A program made the position numbers and the translations under genes. A model generated the notes under the pieces. It ran no database searches. It was not told the DNA's origin and saw nothing but the letters and a program-made list of their open reading frames with translations. Below, piece by piece: positions 52,268 through 64,000 of a DNA stretch of 64,000 bases; the stretch's first letter is position 1, and the number at the start of each line of letters is the position of its first letter. This DNA is from Yuukianura sp. NJ FZ-2021 (Eukaryota): assembly GCA_046563655.1 (NCBI GenBank), contig CM102289.1, positions 4,092,001 through 4,156,000 of the forward strand, given 5' to 3'.

Positions 52268-53081
52268 ATGAAAAATTTTGCACTCATAGCAGCAGTACTG
52301 ATTGTTCTGGTTGCCTCAGTTGCAAATGCTGCTGTGACTAAAGAAAATTGTGAAAGTATTCCAGGATGGCTTCTTTACAGCGGACGACCGACGCGAAGTA
52401 AGGAGAGGCATTTGTTTGAAGAGATTAAAATAAAATTAGAAAAATTAAATGAGAGAAGTCTTTGAATTTTCTAGGCAAAGAAACACTGAAGGTGAGTGAT
52501 GCAGTTGCGAATAAAAACGAAGTGGATTTAAGGTTTCGTAGTTGCTGTAACTACAAGGAAAAGTGTGAAGTTTCAATTGAAGAATTGAATACTGGAAGAT
52601 CTGGACGAGAAGTGTGTAACCTTGTTGCCAGTTGCACGCAAGTTGATTCTGGAAATTTATTTATCGAACGCACATCATCCAGTGGGTGGAAATCATCGCC
52701 CTACTGTATCAACTTCCAGGAAACTTCCTATGGAATTCCAGTTCGATATTGTCAAGGTATGGAAAATTGTTCTAAGCCCGTCATGTACTTAGCTAGATGT
52801 AATTTAAAGTAAACTTGATTTTTCGGTTAGGTGCTGATGCATGTTTCCAAAGGTCACAGCAAAAAGGCGACCTTTTGACCTGCCTTAGCACTTTGTTCGG
52901 AGATGTAATGGACCATGCTGGATTTTTTTCGGATGCATTATTTCCATACAAGTCGTTTTCTTACAAAAGTCGCGGCTCTTCTGCAAATGTTGAATATTCT
53001 TTGACAAAGAGTGGACAAATTACAAAAGGCGCATCGCCATTTCTCAGAATTGGAAATAGTGCAACGCCAATTGCTGCTTGA
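52268..53081 (+). CDS. Secreted cysteine-rich protein of unknown function, paralog A; exons 52268-52397, 52475-52756, 52831-53081
   Basis: Signal peptide; GT-AG introns join in frame; paralog at 53583. Confidence 0.8.
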
Positions 53082-53582
53082 ATAATTTCAATACGCTTCA
53101 TTTTAAGCATTTATTACTTACACCACAACAACATTTGTCTCTACCATGTCAAATTGGATTCTAAACCAATAATCTGCAATTCACTATAAATTAATAAAAA
53201 TATAATTTGGAATTAACCCATACTATTCAAAATTTGCTTAGAAATTTGTTTGCAAATGTTCATATATTTCTAAAACAAAGTCGCAAGTGGAGTCATTTCG
53301 CGTTCTGAATTTGATCCGAACCTGTTTTTTGTCTTTCTGTGTTTAAATCGGTATTGATATACCAGTTGTGGTTATGCCATTAAATGTTCATAAACCGACC
53401 TTTTTTTTTGTTTTAAATTAAAAAAAAACACACTTTATCCTCGACTGCCTGTATTGATCAAATTTGATCCAATTAGAACTAATTAGAGTTTATTTAACTT
53501 GCCATATAAAACAAGGGGCAGAAAGGAGGCTAATTAGATAGTATTATGAAGCTTAGACTCCTCAGTATTTTTTTTATATTAA

Positions 53583-54408
53583 ATGTCAACGATGAACTAT
53601 TTTCTGATCGTCGTAGGTGCTTGTTTGGTGTTCACCGGCGTGAACTCTGAACTAACAGAATCCGACTGCAATAATATTACAGGATGGACAATTTACAGCG
53701 GTAGGCCACCTCGAAGTAAGTCAATAAATTTGTTACGTTTCTCATTTACCATAAAAGCAAACATAGATGTTCTAAAGAGAGTCGTCAGACTAATAAGCTT
53801 TAAATCTGCCGCTCCCTTTAGATAAGCAGCTTCTTGATCTAATCCAGTCTTTATTTTAAAGATCCTGAAACGAAGATTGTAGACGATGCGACGGCCGATA
53901 GAAATGAACGGGATTTATCACTTAGGGGTTGTTGCGACTACAAGAGAAAATGTCATTTTACATTCCAGAATTTGTTCGCTGGAACAGAGCGGGAAGTTTG
54001 CAACTTTGCTGCAGGTTGCAACAACGTGGAATCTGGAAAGTTACGCATCGAGAGAGTGTATAACGACGGCTGGAAATCCTCGCTTTATTGTCAAAACTTT
54101 TTCCAGGATCAATACGGTGTAGACATCAAATATTGCAAAGGTAACACAGATTGAAAGAAAAATGATTGATAAAACGGTGTATTTAAAGGTTTTTGGGCTT
54201 AGGTACGGAATTCTGCTTTGAGAAAGCAAATGACAAACACGAGCTTCTGACCTGTCTAAGTCACGTCTTTGAGGACAAACTGGAAAACCCAGGATTCTTT
54301 TCTGAGGCACTGTTTCCGTACAAATCGTTTAATTACAAAAAGCACTATCGCACCTCGGATGTTGTCTACACTCTTACGGAAGAAGGGAAAATTGCAAAGT
54401 CAGAATAA
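53583..54408 (+). CDS. Secreted cysteine-rich protein, paralog B; exons ~53583-53715, 53862-54140, 54203-54408
   Basis: Shared GW..YSGRP.R, CC.YK.KC, REVCN, GWKSS.YC, LLTCLS, GFFS.ALFPYKSF.YK and same intron positions. Confidence 0.8.
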
Positions 54409-55242
54409 ATTTTTCGTTAACAAGTTATATGTTTTTATTTTTCTTAGTACTTAAGTTAAATGTAGACTTTCATCTTGCTGAATAAGTTAAGAAACAAGAT
54501 AGGTTTCAAAAGTCTAAAACTTTATTGGTTCCATTTTCTATTCTGTTTTCGGAATTACCGCCTGTTGTAAAGTCGAGCCTGAACCCCTCCCATGCTGGAT
54601 ACTGCATCATCTCCATCTCCACCGCATAGTCTAGTTATACAATTAAAAAATTTTAGCGGCTTTCTTCTTCTTTTCTGAAATTTCGTTTTTTTAAATATGT
54701 TTTTATTTAAAAAACCTGTAAGATGAAAAGCAAATAGGAAAAGATTTCGCTCACGTCCGAGAGTGTAGCCGTCCACCAGGAAAATCTCTCGAAACAACAT
54801 ATTCACAGAAACAACTTATTGTTAGAGTACGTACAAAACTTTAAAAAATAATTTTAATTGCTCACAAACTGAATTGTGAAGGGACAATGGAATAAGATTC
54901 AATAAGACTCGCCATTTCTTAAAATTCAAACAGACGCCGGAACTTTCTTTGAACAGATGGAGTTTACAATAAAATGTTATGAAATATTTTTTTTTAATTT
55001 TGTTTTGCATTATTTTAATTTATGCAAATTATATTTATTTGATTACAAGAGCTTATTGATTGTACTCATTACATAACTGTAAACTTATGGGCTATTGGTG
55101 TAATTCATAACGGCTAATCACATTTCTGGTTGGCTGGTCGACGGATATAATTGAAAGGGGTGGAATCAAAACTAAAATGAAGATTTCACGATAGGAATTA
55201 AAAGCGGAGGTTGGGTTAAGGCAGCACTGCTCTAATCAGGAC

Positions 55243-56029
55243 TCATGCAACCGGTTTTAGAAGTCGGACGGATGGCCGGTTTAAGGTAGTACATGCAGTT
55301 CCAAACTTGAAAGATTTGAAACTTCCCGCTGGAAGCCCGGTTTGAAGTGGCAAATTGTCAACGGCAACTCCAATATTTATGTAGGCGTTGGAAGGGGTCA
55401 ACGGAAGACAGTATTCCAGCCCCTTGTAGTTGCTCAGTGTAAAAAAGTGCAAGGAGGTCACTCCGCTTGGACCAGTAAGAACCAGAGAATGAACTTCGCC
55501 TGCAAAGTTGCCACTTCCAAAGAAAGGTCCTGACATGTTTCCTTGGAAACCTGGAGCCGAAAAATAGGTGAAGGAAACCCGTTCACTGTCATCTGGATCA
55601 CCCAAACGTCTCAAAGAGTTGCTATTGCGTATTTCTTGGCCGTAAAATTCATGTTTTGAAAACATTTTATGCCTAATAGCACCAGTGTAATTTTCGTTGG
55701 AGTATGCAAACCAACTGAAATGCAGAAACAAAACAAGCAATAATTTGATCAGAATTCAGTTTTGTTTCAATAAATGTTAAAGAAAACGCACTATTCAAGC
55801 AAAGTTATTTATTTGATTTGTTTTAAACTTACGCCCCAATGATTGAAGATTTATAACCCGAAATCGGAATTTTGGTTAGTGATTGCTTTGTCCGCAAAAA
55901 TAGAGGCGACGTGTCAAGGTTTGTATCTTCCGTAGTAAATATAGTGACGCTTGGCGACACTTTCGCATCAACTGTCGACTGTAAAAATGTTGCCAGAAGC
56001 AGCAAAGCCAAACCTGCAAGGGACGCCAT
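55243..56029 (-). CDS. Secreted beta/gamma-crystallin-like protein; exons ~56029-55832, 55714-55243
   Basis: Signal peptide; Greek-key-like repeats WFAYSNENYTG, YFSAPGFQG, FFTLSNYKG with S-containing strands (NSLRR, HSLVL, KSFKF). Confidence 0.65.
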
Positions 56030-58403
56030 TATGATTTTATTTTAAACTTTTGAAACAGAAAATGATTTGGACCAACAAAAAAAAACGTTTTGGAAGTTTT
56101 TTTTTGGTTAAATTTTACTTTCCAAATGTGAGACGCGATATGTTTCTGGGCATTGTTCATTCGCATTTTTATAGGTGTAAAATAGGCGGAAACTGTAGAA
56201 AAAATTAGTGTCAAACTGGACGAGGTCACCTTTGGTAAAACCGCCGCGGTGTACAATTCGATTTGTTTTTTAGCCGTTTCACTGAATTAGGAGTCATTTC
56301 CGAGAATTTTGTATCACTATCAAATAAAGGCATCAATTCTAGGAATTGAAATTAGGTCAATCCTACGACCATATATTGTCGAAAACTTTTTAAAAAATAA
56401 CAATTTTTGTAGCAAGGTTCCGAAAAGGAAAAAGCCATTCTTAATTTTATTTTGTTTTCGGGATGAGTTTAGCTCCACTTTCGCAGTCAAATAGAAGTTA
56501 TAAATATCTAGGAGCAGTTAAAGAAAACCTTAGCCCTCAACAAAACTTTCCTGCGTCTACTTTTGTGAATCACTTTTGCGAAGCCTATGTTTTGCTAGCC
56601 GGTGAGGTTGCCATCCTTCTTACGACATTGTCGGAATAGTGTGATCCATATGGTTCACCAAAATATCTCCATTATCGCGTGCTATGAGGTGGAGGAGAAT
56701 AGCATAAATACAGATCAGCATAGTCGACACTAATGGAAAACAAACAGGAAAAATGTTGTGCTAAGTTATGACAAACCTTGGTCGGCGGCGAACTATTTGA
56801 AGTGATATCGCCGTAAAAAGTAAACATGACTCGATGTTTTCTTTTCCGAGAAATTCAGACGTTGATTCCAGATCTCCTATCAATACATAATAATATCAAT
56901 TTGATACATTGTAGTTCTCCTACAACCATACTTTTAACAGAGCGCATTTTTATTTTTTTTTATTTAGACAAGAGCGCATGGGCTATGCATTTACTGCTCA
57001 ACTTTCTAGGAGTTTTTGTTTTAACATGACTATAATCTGTAATTTTACAAGACGTTCTGAGATTAAAAAAAATACAGGATTAAAAAACAAAATTCCAATA
57101 CAAGCCAAAACTTTTCTTTAGCCTTTTTAGTTTTCCTTTCACAATTTGAGACTTAAAAGAGCTACACAGGTTTTTTCTCACATCACATGCAACAGTATTT
57201 TGTGCGCCTATTAATAATTTATAATTCGAAATTTTTTAAAGACAACCATAGTTTTTTTAAAAAACGAATTTTAGAATGATTCTAGCTAGTATTCATTGAT
57301 GCTATCCAAAATCTAATAAAACAGAGGCATATTTGTACTATAAAGTTCTCAATTCCGAAACTTGGGTATCATGCACACCGAGTTACTATTGGCAAAGCCA
57401 GTTCGCGAATATTCGGGCCCTTGCGTTTACCCACTCCAAAACTCTCATGTCTGCTTTTCCTATTGTGAATTCTGTAAAGCTCTTAATCCTACTCCAAAAA
57501 AAGTATTCCAAAACAGAAAAGGTTTAGTTTCTATTTTTGAAACTAAAACGAGTATTCGTTTTGAAGGGGTTTCTTTTGAAAATTGAATTAGATATTTCGT
57601 TGTCACAAGGTGAGTCGGTGAGTGACCATCAATCGACCAAGGGCAACCAACCTTAACACACATCATACGTATCAGCTCAAAGAAGGCTCCAGCACTTTGT
57701 ACTAAGTATGTTTACTTAACTGATTTCTTTAAAAATTTTATCTTTAACTTTTTTCAAGCATTATACACAAAGAGTATAACATTTTGCTTGCTGACATTTA
57801 CCAGGAACGGAAACGGAATCTGTGACGAATTGTCGAGGTCAAGCAGCGACACAATTGGAACCTGAGTCGGGAATTAAACTATGATCTCAGCTTTTTGACC
57901 CCTAAATACAACCTGCAGATTTTGAATTGAAGGTAGGTTCTCATTTTTTACATTTTGAAAACTCAACTAAATTTGAATTAATTTTCAATTCAAACATTTA
58001 AAAGTCTGGATTCATTTCTGGTTTAGCTAGATTCAATTAACTAACACAGTGTTATGCTCTGGTTAATTTTTAATTTTCTGAAACTGGAAATTTTGAACCA
58101 AAGAGTTCCGAAGCGATGCTTAATGGTTTTGCTCCTCTTGAGTCATTTCAGATAACACAGTGTTAGTTAGGGCAAACGACTAAAAATCTAGTTTGAACTA
58201 GAATAATAAGCCTTGTTCTATTTTTGAAAAATTGCCCTTTTTCCAACACTGTCGCAACAAACGGCTAACGGCTCCTTATTTTTTCTTTTTCTGTTGCTTC
58301 CACAAAAACCTACCAGAATTCAAAAACCTTTCAACACAAGTAGAGATTATTGAAAAGTAAACTCGTTTCTTTCTGTTTAATAGGTTTGCAGTAGCTAAAC
58401 AAG

Positions 58404-58768
58404 ATGGGTGGATCTGGATCAAAGTCGGAGTCACATAGTTACGGGTCGAGTACGGTAAATGGGGTTACACAAACCCATGAAATGCACAGCGTTTGCAGTT
58501 GGTACAACCCATTTTGTTCTGGAACTTCAGCAACATCCGTAAGAAGTTGTTAAAATTTAAAATAAGTTTTTATAAAATTGTTCGACAATTTTGTTTAAAT
58601 TGAAACTCATTCCATCTACAGGCTACATCTCTGTCCGGAGTCGTTTTGAGTGTATCAACGATTGCATTTGGAGTTCTTCTTCTTATGATGCTGGTTGTGC
58701 TAACCATGAATGTTAGGAAGTCAGGAAAGTATTTGAAGACTTCACGCCAAAATCCAGTTGACATTTGA
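58404..58768 (+). CDS. Small 93-aa N-myristoylation-motif single-TM protein; exons 58404-58538, 58622-58768
   Basis: In-frame upstream TAG; MGGSGSK; CSWYNPFC; phase-0 GTAAG...CTACAG intron; TM GVVLSVSTIAFGVLLLMMLVVL; basic RKSGKYLKTSR; likely UTR exon 57805-57932. Confidence 0.7.
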
Positions 58769-59681
58769 CATCCTTTGAGCGCAAGGCAAACTAAAGACTA
58801 ACTTCCAATGCCTTCATCACATAATTTTACAAACAACACTCAATTCTCAGAGGATTTTTTAAACGTATTTCATACTCCATTGTTTCATCTGAAAACTTTA
58901 TATTTCTTCTGTTTCTATCACCACTTGTTTCTATTAAAGGCTAAAAATTAACCTTAAAATGACCATTTGAACTCACATAAACAAATAAAATTAGAATTGT
59001 AAAAATTCAAAGGTTGGACACCCCGTTATGTTTCGTTCCTTTTGGAATTTGATTTTTCAACATCACGATTCAAGTATTCTGATTTGAAGACTAGTTTTTT
59101 TAACGCTTAATTCATTTCACGCCGTCATTGTTTTGTAAAATTTTCGTTGGGTCAATCAAAAAATCTTGATTCGGGAGAAATGTAGATGAACTTCGATTGC
59201 ACTTCTGTAGCAAGTCAGTCGCGGCGGGATTACATTTGATGTGTTGAATTTTACTTTTGTTGGGTTAGAATGTGTTGGTTAAGTTCGGCTTTTTAAAGTA
59301 GGTTCAGGAGTAGTTTAATTTCCTGCTAGCTTTAGTTGCAAGACAACAATGCCGTATGTTTTGATGTGATAGAATGTGCATACAAAAACTAAAAGCGTAG
59401 AAATTTAAAGTTACATTGTTACGATTATTTTTAGAAATTGTGAAAATTAAAGTTATGTTAATTATTTAATACTTAGTACCGTAGAAATCAAGGCTTTGCT
59501 TACAATGAAAAATTCATTCATTGCAAATGATCATCTCCACGAGCGAAGTACTATTAGTTGGTATACGGTGAAATTTTTCATTTTTGTAAGTTGGTCCAAT
59601 TAAACTTTTGTAGATTATTGTTTCTATCATGAACAGGGTGAAACACGTAACATCCACGGTCTTTCTAATGATGTTGTTCAA

Positions 59682-61750
59682 TCATTTACATTCACATTTG
59701 CAAACCGTTGTATGGATGATCTCATTTCGTAAAGCTACAACTATGGCATTGAGTCCTTCCAGAAGTTCTTGAGCACTTGGAACGATTTGGTCTTCGGGCA
59801 ACAGGAAACCAAATTCACCTTTGTCACGGAGCTCAATGGCATAGACCAACGGAACTTCATGGATTCCAGCGACCCAGTCGATACTTCCACCACTAGCAAG
59901 AGCTAAAAATCAGGAAGCATTGTAGATGCTTATAGGAATTAGAATTCCAAAAAATTTCCTGGTCTAAGCGCCCTAGCTTTGAACTTTTAAATTCCTTACA
60001 GAATACTTTGACAATATTGTCTGCAAAAAACTTTGTGCCATGCACTTCGGTTATGGCCTCTGCAGCACGTTGTCCAACTTTCAGCTGGAATTATACAATT
60101 CACTATCAAGTTTGGCATGGATTTACACCACTGACGTTTCAATTAGTGTAATTACTTACGTGGAAATCATGACGCGGGAATGTACCGTTGAAGCCATAAG
60201 GGATGAGAAAAACCTGACCATAAGAGTGTAAGGAAATGAAGGCATCCAGGTCAGCAGCGATTGTGGAAATGAATTCAGAGGTCAAACGTGTTTCTACTTC
60301 GGAGAATGGAGCTGGACCAGCGTAAAGTTCCACGCATGGGTCGGAAGATGAGCCTCCATCTTTTGAAAATTAGACGAAAACATAATAAGTAACCAGCAAA
60401 GAATAATTTTTACTATTCATATTTAATCATAAAATGTGTTTCTACCCATCCAATGAAAATCCCAATTTCGATTTGGATCAGTTCCTGGACATTGCAAATT
60501 TTGTGGATTAATTGAACGTGTCTTTCTCCACATGGGATCCTGTTTTTAATAAATACATGAAAGCAGCTTAAAATTCAAAGTTTTACGAATAAGCGCCAAA
60601 ATCTGTTTGCTTTATATAATTTGTATGAATGTCGTATATCGTCCACGTACAGTGGAATACGAATATACAAAGCCATCAGGATTCAGAACTGGAAGAATGT
60701 ACCTATTTAAAAAACGATGGGAAAAAACATTAACGGTTCAAATTTTGTGTTTTAAAGAACAAAGTTGTAAGAGCAAGTTGTATTTACCAATCGTAGTCTT
60801 GAATCCATGATTTGTAAATAGCGTTATTTCCATTGAGCAATTCGTTGACGATATACACACTAACGGCACTCGTGATCCATTCTCTACAAAATGGTACACA
60901 ACAGGAATTTGCTATCTCAATCTCAATTTCTCATTTAGTCAATTTCAAAACTGTCCTTTGGGCGACAGCTTTACCGTGCGTGGATGTTGGAATCCAACCA
61001 AATTGCTCGTTTCGGTACATCCGAAGGTGTAGAAATCTTAAGAACGAGAAGTTCTCGACCTTCATAAGATTCTCCAACTGAAAAGGCAGAAGCAATATCT
61101 GAATGTACTGATGCTTGCTCTTTGACCCATCCGATAATCTATATAAAACTTGCTTCTTTTAAAACGTTCCCAAACGATACTTTTTAAAATACAAATTTCT
61201 GTTCTTACGTCTTCGAATGTATGGTAATGATCAAATGCAAAACCTTCACCCTTGGTACGCGGGGTCAAAATGTTTCCACTGATTTGGTCAACACGGCTGT
61301 ACCAAAAACGGTTCAAAATAAGTAATTTCATTTTGATTTTTTTCTCGTTTCACTTTACAGTTCGTTTTATATTTTCGTATCAATGTTTTACCTTTGAACG
61401 TCCGAAATTAGTTCAGATACTGTCAGTCCTTGTCCTCTCAGAGAATCTATAATATGAAGCATTTCCGGTGGAACCATAACATCTGAGCTTCGGTTTTTTT
61501 GCCTATTCGGTCCATCCCAGAAAGAAAGCTGGAATACAATTTTTTTAAAAACCTCGACAAGGTACGAAGAATTAAAAAAAATCGAACATTTCGAACATAC
61601 CCCTTGGGTTTCTAAATTTGTCACTACTTCGACATCATGCTCATTTTTTGGAGTTATTCTAAACACTTTATATCCAGTATATTTTACTTTGTCAGCAATT
61701 ACGTGCCCGAGACTCAAGGTCAAAACTAAAATGGAAGTTTTGAAAGCCAT
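59682..61750 (-). CDS. Zinc carboxypeptidase M14A (CPA-type) with signal and propeptide, multi-exon
   Basis: YTGYKVFRI propeptide, DVMVPP, IHAR|EW, NPDG, WRKTR, DPNRNW, SLHSYGQ, ASGGSIDW, IELRD, GFLLP. Confidence 0.92.
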
Positions 61751-62733
61751 TATGGACTAAAAAAAAGCTTGAAATAAGGAAATCAGTGCATCGGGGTAGT
61801 AATGTCAAATGCTACGTTTAATAGGAGAAAGTGATAAATACATGTTTCAAGATCTTTCATAACAAAGCATTATTGTTTTGGTAAAGGTTTCTTTAGTTAT
61901 AATTTCATAGTTCAAAAACCTTGACTCCCAATAACTAATCATACTTAAACAATGAATTCCTGACGATATTTTACGACTCTTCTGCTTTTTTTTTATAATG
62001 AAAAGCCGAATTTACACACCTTTCGATTAGTCTCCAGCAATCTTTGCTGTTTAAATAAAATACAAATAAAATACAGTTTTAGAAAGTTGAAATTACTAAT
62101 TTACAAATTGTGATTTCAGTATTTTTTTTTATTCAAATGCACAATGACCATGAAAGTCTGGTTTTTGTGGTAGATTGATGCTGTTCGTAAATTTGAAGTC
62201 GTTGATGTACAGTACACTGCTAATTTGCATTTTTCTGAAATATCTATGTAGCTCAATAATTTGGTTATGAAACATCGAACCCATCGAACAAAAGACTACT
62301 ACATATGGTAACACTGTTCCCTTTGTGAAATTGTCGGCTTGTATTATCACTCAGGGCACAAACTATAGCTATGTTCAGTCCCAGCAAATATCGCTCATCC
62401 ACTGTGAAACACGTAATGAATTTCAAAAGCAATGCTATAATTTATTTTACATATGTTGTATATTTTAGGTTATGACGAATTAACCCGACACTTTCCTATT
62501 CAACGATGTGCAGTACATTATTAGCATCGTAAAAGGCGTTGAATTATGGCTCACTTTATTAATGTTGGCTATAAGTAAAGTTCACATTATAAACATCGCA
62601 GGAAATTTTACGTTTGTTGCAAATGGCCGAAAATAACAACTAAACTACATCGGCAAAATTTAATTTGTTAAGTATAAATTCTGCATAGATCGAAATATAT
62701 TTTTTTTGGACTGGGTTGTGACTTTTTACAAAA

Positions 62734-63640
62734 TTATTTTCCAAGTCCGCCAGCAATGAACCCGCCTCTAGGCTTCGGCAAATTCTTCTTGCTACCTGCA
62801 TTGCTCAATGCTGATGTGGTACCCACATTCGCTTTGCAGTCTGAAATGACGGCCTTTTCCAACCAAATCTTATCATCTTGGCTACTGACATGCTCTTTGT
62901 CGCTACTGAAATCATTTTTCGCCAAGTGCTCCTCAATTTCCTTGCGGCTCTTGTCAGAAAGCTCCGTTCCAAGTGGGGTATGAACTTGCCAAAATGCGTC
63001 AGTCCCAAAATTGCAACCAAAAAATAGGATGTACGTTTTGTTATCCGTTTTCGTCATGACAAAATCCCCGTAAACTAAATACGAAATGGCAATCTAAGTA
63101 TAAACCTAAATTTTATGATTACATTTCAAGTTGTAGTTGTACTAACGTTTAAACGCATCTTCCGCTGGTGTACCCTCGGTTCGAACAAACGCTTTGAACT
63201 GATTGATTCGATTGTACTTGAATTCAACGGTCAATACTAGCTTATGAACCATAACTTTGTAAGTGGCTGTCATACACATCTTGTGCTTCAGAGTCATGTT
63301 CTCGGGCGGTGGTGGTGGAGCACTGAATCCCTGCTTGACTGAATACTTTGATCCCATTGGGTTGTCCATACCTTCCTCCGCAAATTTGAAAAACTTGAAT
63401 TGTGAAAGAAACAAAATTTTAGATAAACTGTAAACACAATAAATCTTATACAACATTTGCAATATAAGCAGAGTATTTTCGAATTTTTGATGTTGAATCC
63501 GAAAACATTACCCAATCGTCATCAACGTCAACTGGATCATGCTCTTTGCATTTTGTGCCTTTTGGAACCTTGGCTCCTGCATAGCCTTGATCAACCAAAA
63601 ACCCAAAGCACAAAAAGAGACACAAAGTTAAACAATTCAT
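62734..63640 (-). CDS. Secreted lipocalin-like protein, multi-exon
   Basis: Signal peptide, early Cys, TDNKTYILFFGC (SCR2-like), C-terminal helix and Cys. Confidence 0.5.
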
Positions 63641-64000
63641 TTCTCTTGTGAGTTTCGCAAAGGTTCTTAAGTTTTAGAGTAGGGAAGATTTTCTTAGCGC
63701 TTGTGTGTACTAATAGATTAGGATTGAAGTCAAAGTGTTAGCAGCGCTTTAAGAATTAATTTTCGTTATTCGCAGTTAACTGGTAGCATTTAACGTGCTA
63801 TAAACCGTATTATGAATGATTTTAACGGCCAGTGATTTGTCCTTGGAGTTTTTAACTACCCTATTATGAAATGTTGATTTCATAAAAATTTTAGAAATTT
63901 TAAGTGTATTTTTATTTCTAATTGTTTGCTGAGTTACTGTCACACGTCGCGGTTTAATTTCCTACACTGCAAGAAAAGCGAAAACCTGCTTCAGTAGTTT

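Overview
Eukaryotic, AT-rich, intron-containing arthropod DNA; the gene repertoire and short introns suggest a basal hexapod such as a springtail (inference). Genes in order: 3' part of an animal haem peroxidase plus duplicated fragments, a JHAMT-like methyltransferase (frameshifted copy and deleted copy), a CYP2-clan P450, five paralogous gustatory receptors, a C-type lectin, fragments of a second chemoreceptor family, an SLC46-like MFS transporter, a class B (CRF/PDF-receptor-like) GPCR, a CG-1-like DNA-binding gene, two paralogous secreted Cys-rich proteins, a secreted beta/gamma-crystallin-like protein, a small myristoylated single-TM protein, a carboxypeptidase A and a lipocalin-like gene. 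Most notable: (1) a ~7 kb Maverick/Polinton-like element (44664-51635; AGTAG termini, 5-bp TSD CTAGC) carrying an intronless degenerate Rrp6/EXOSC10-like exonuclease and an F-box-like ORF, itself invaded by nested P-like and TA-flanked MITEs; (2) a 93-aa two-exon gene missed by the ORF track whose product has a FAST-fusogen-like layout. All family assignments come from motif recognition by eye, not database searches.
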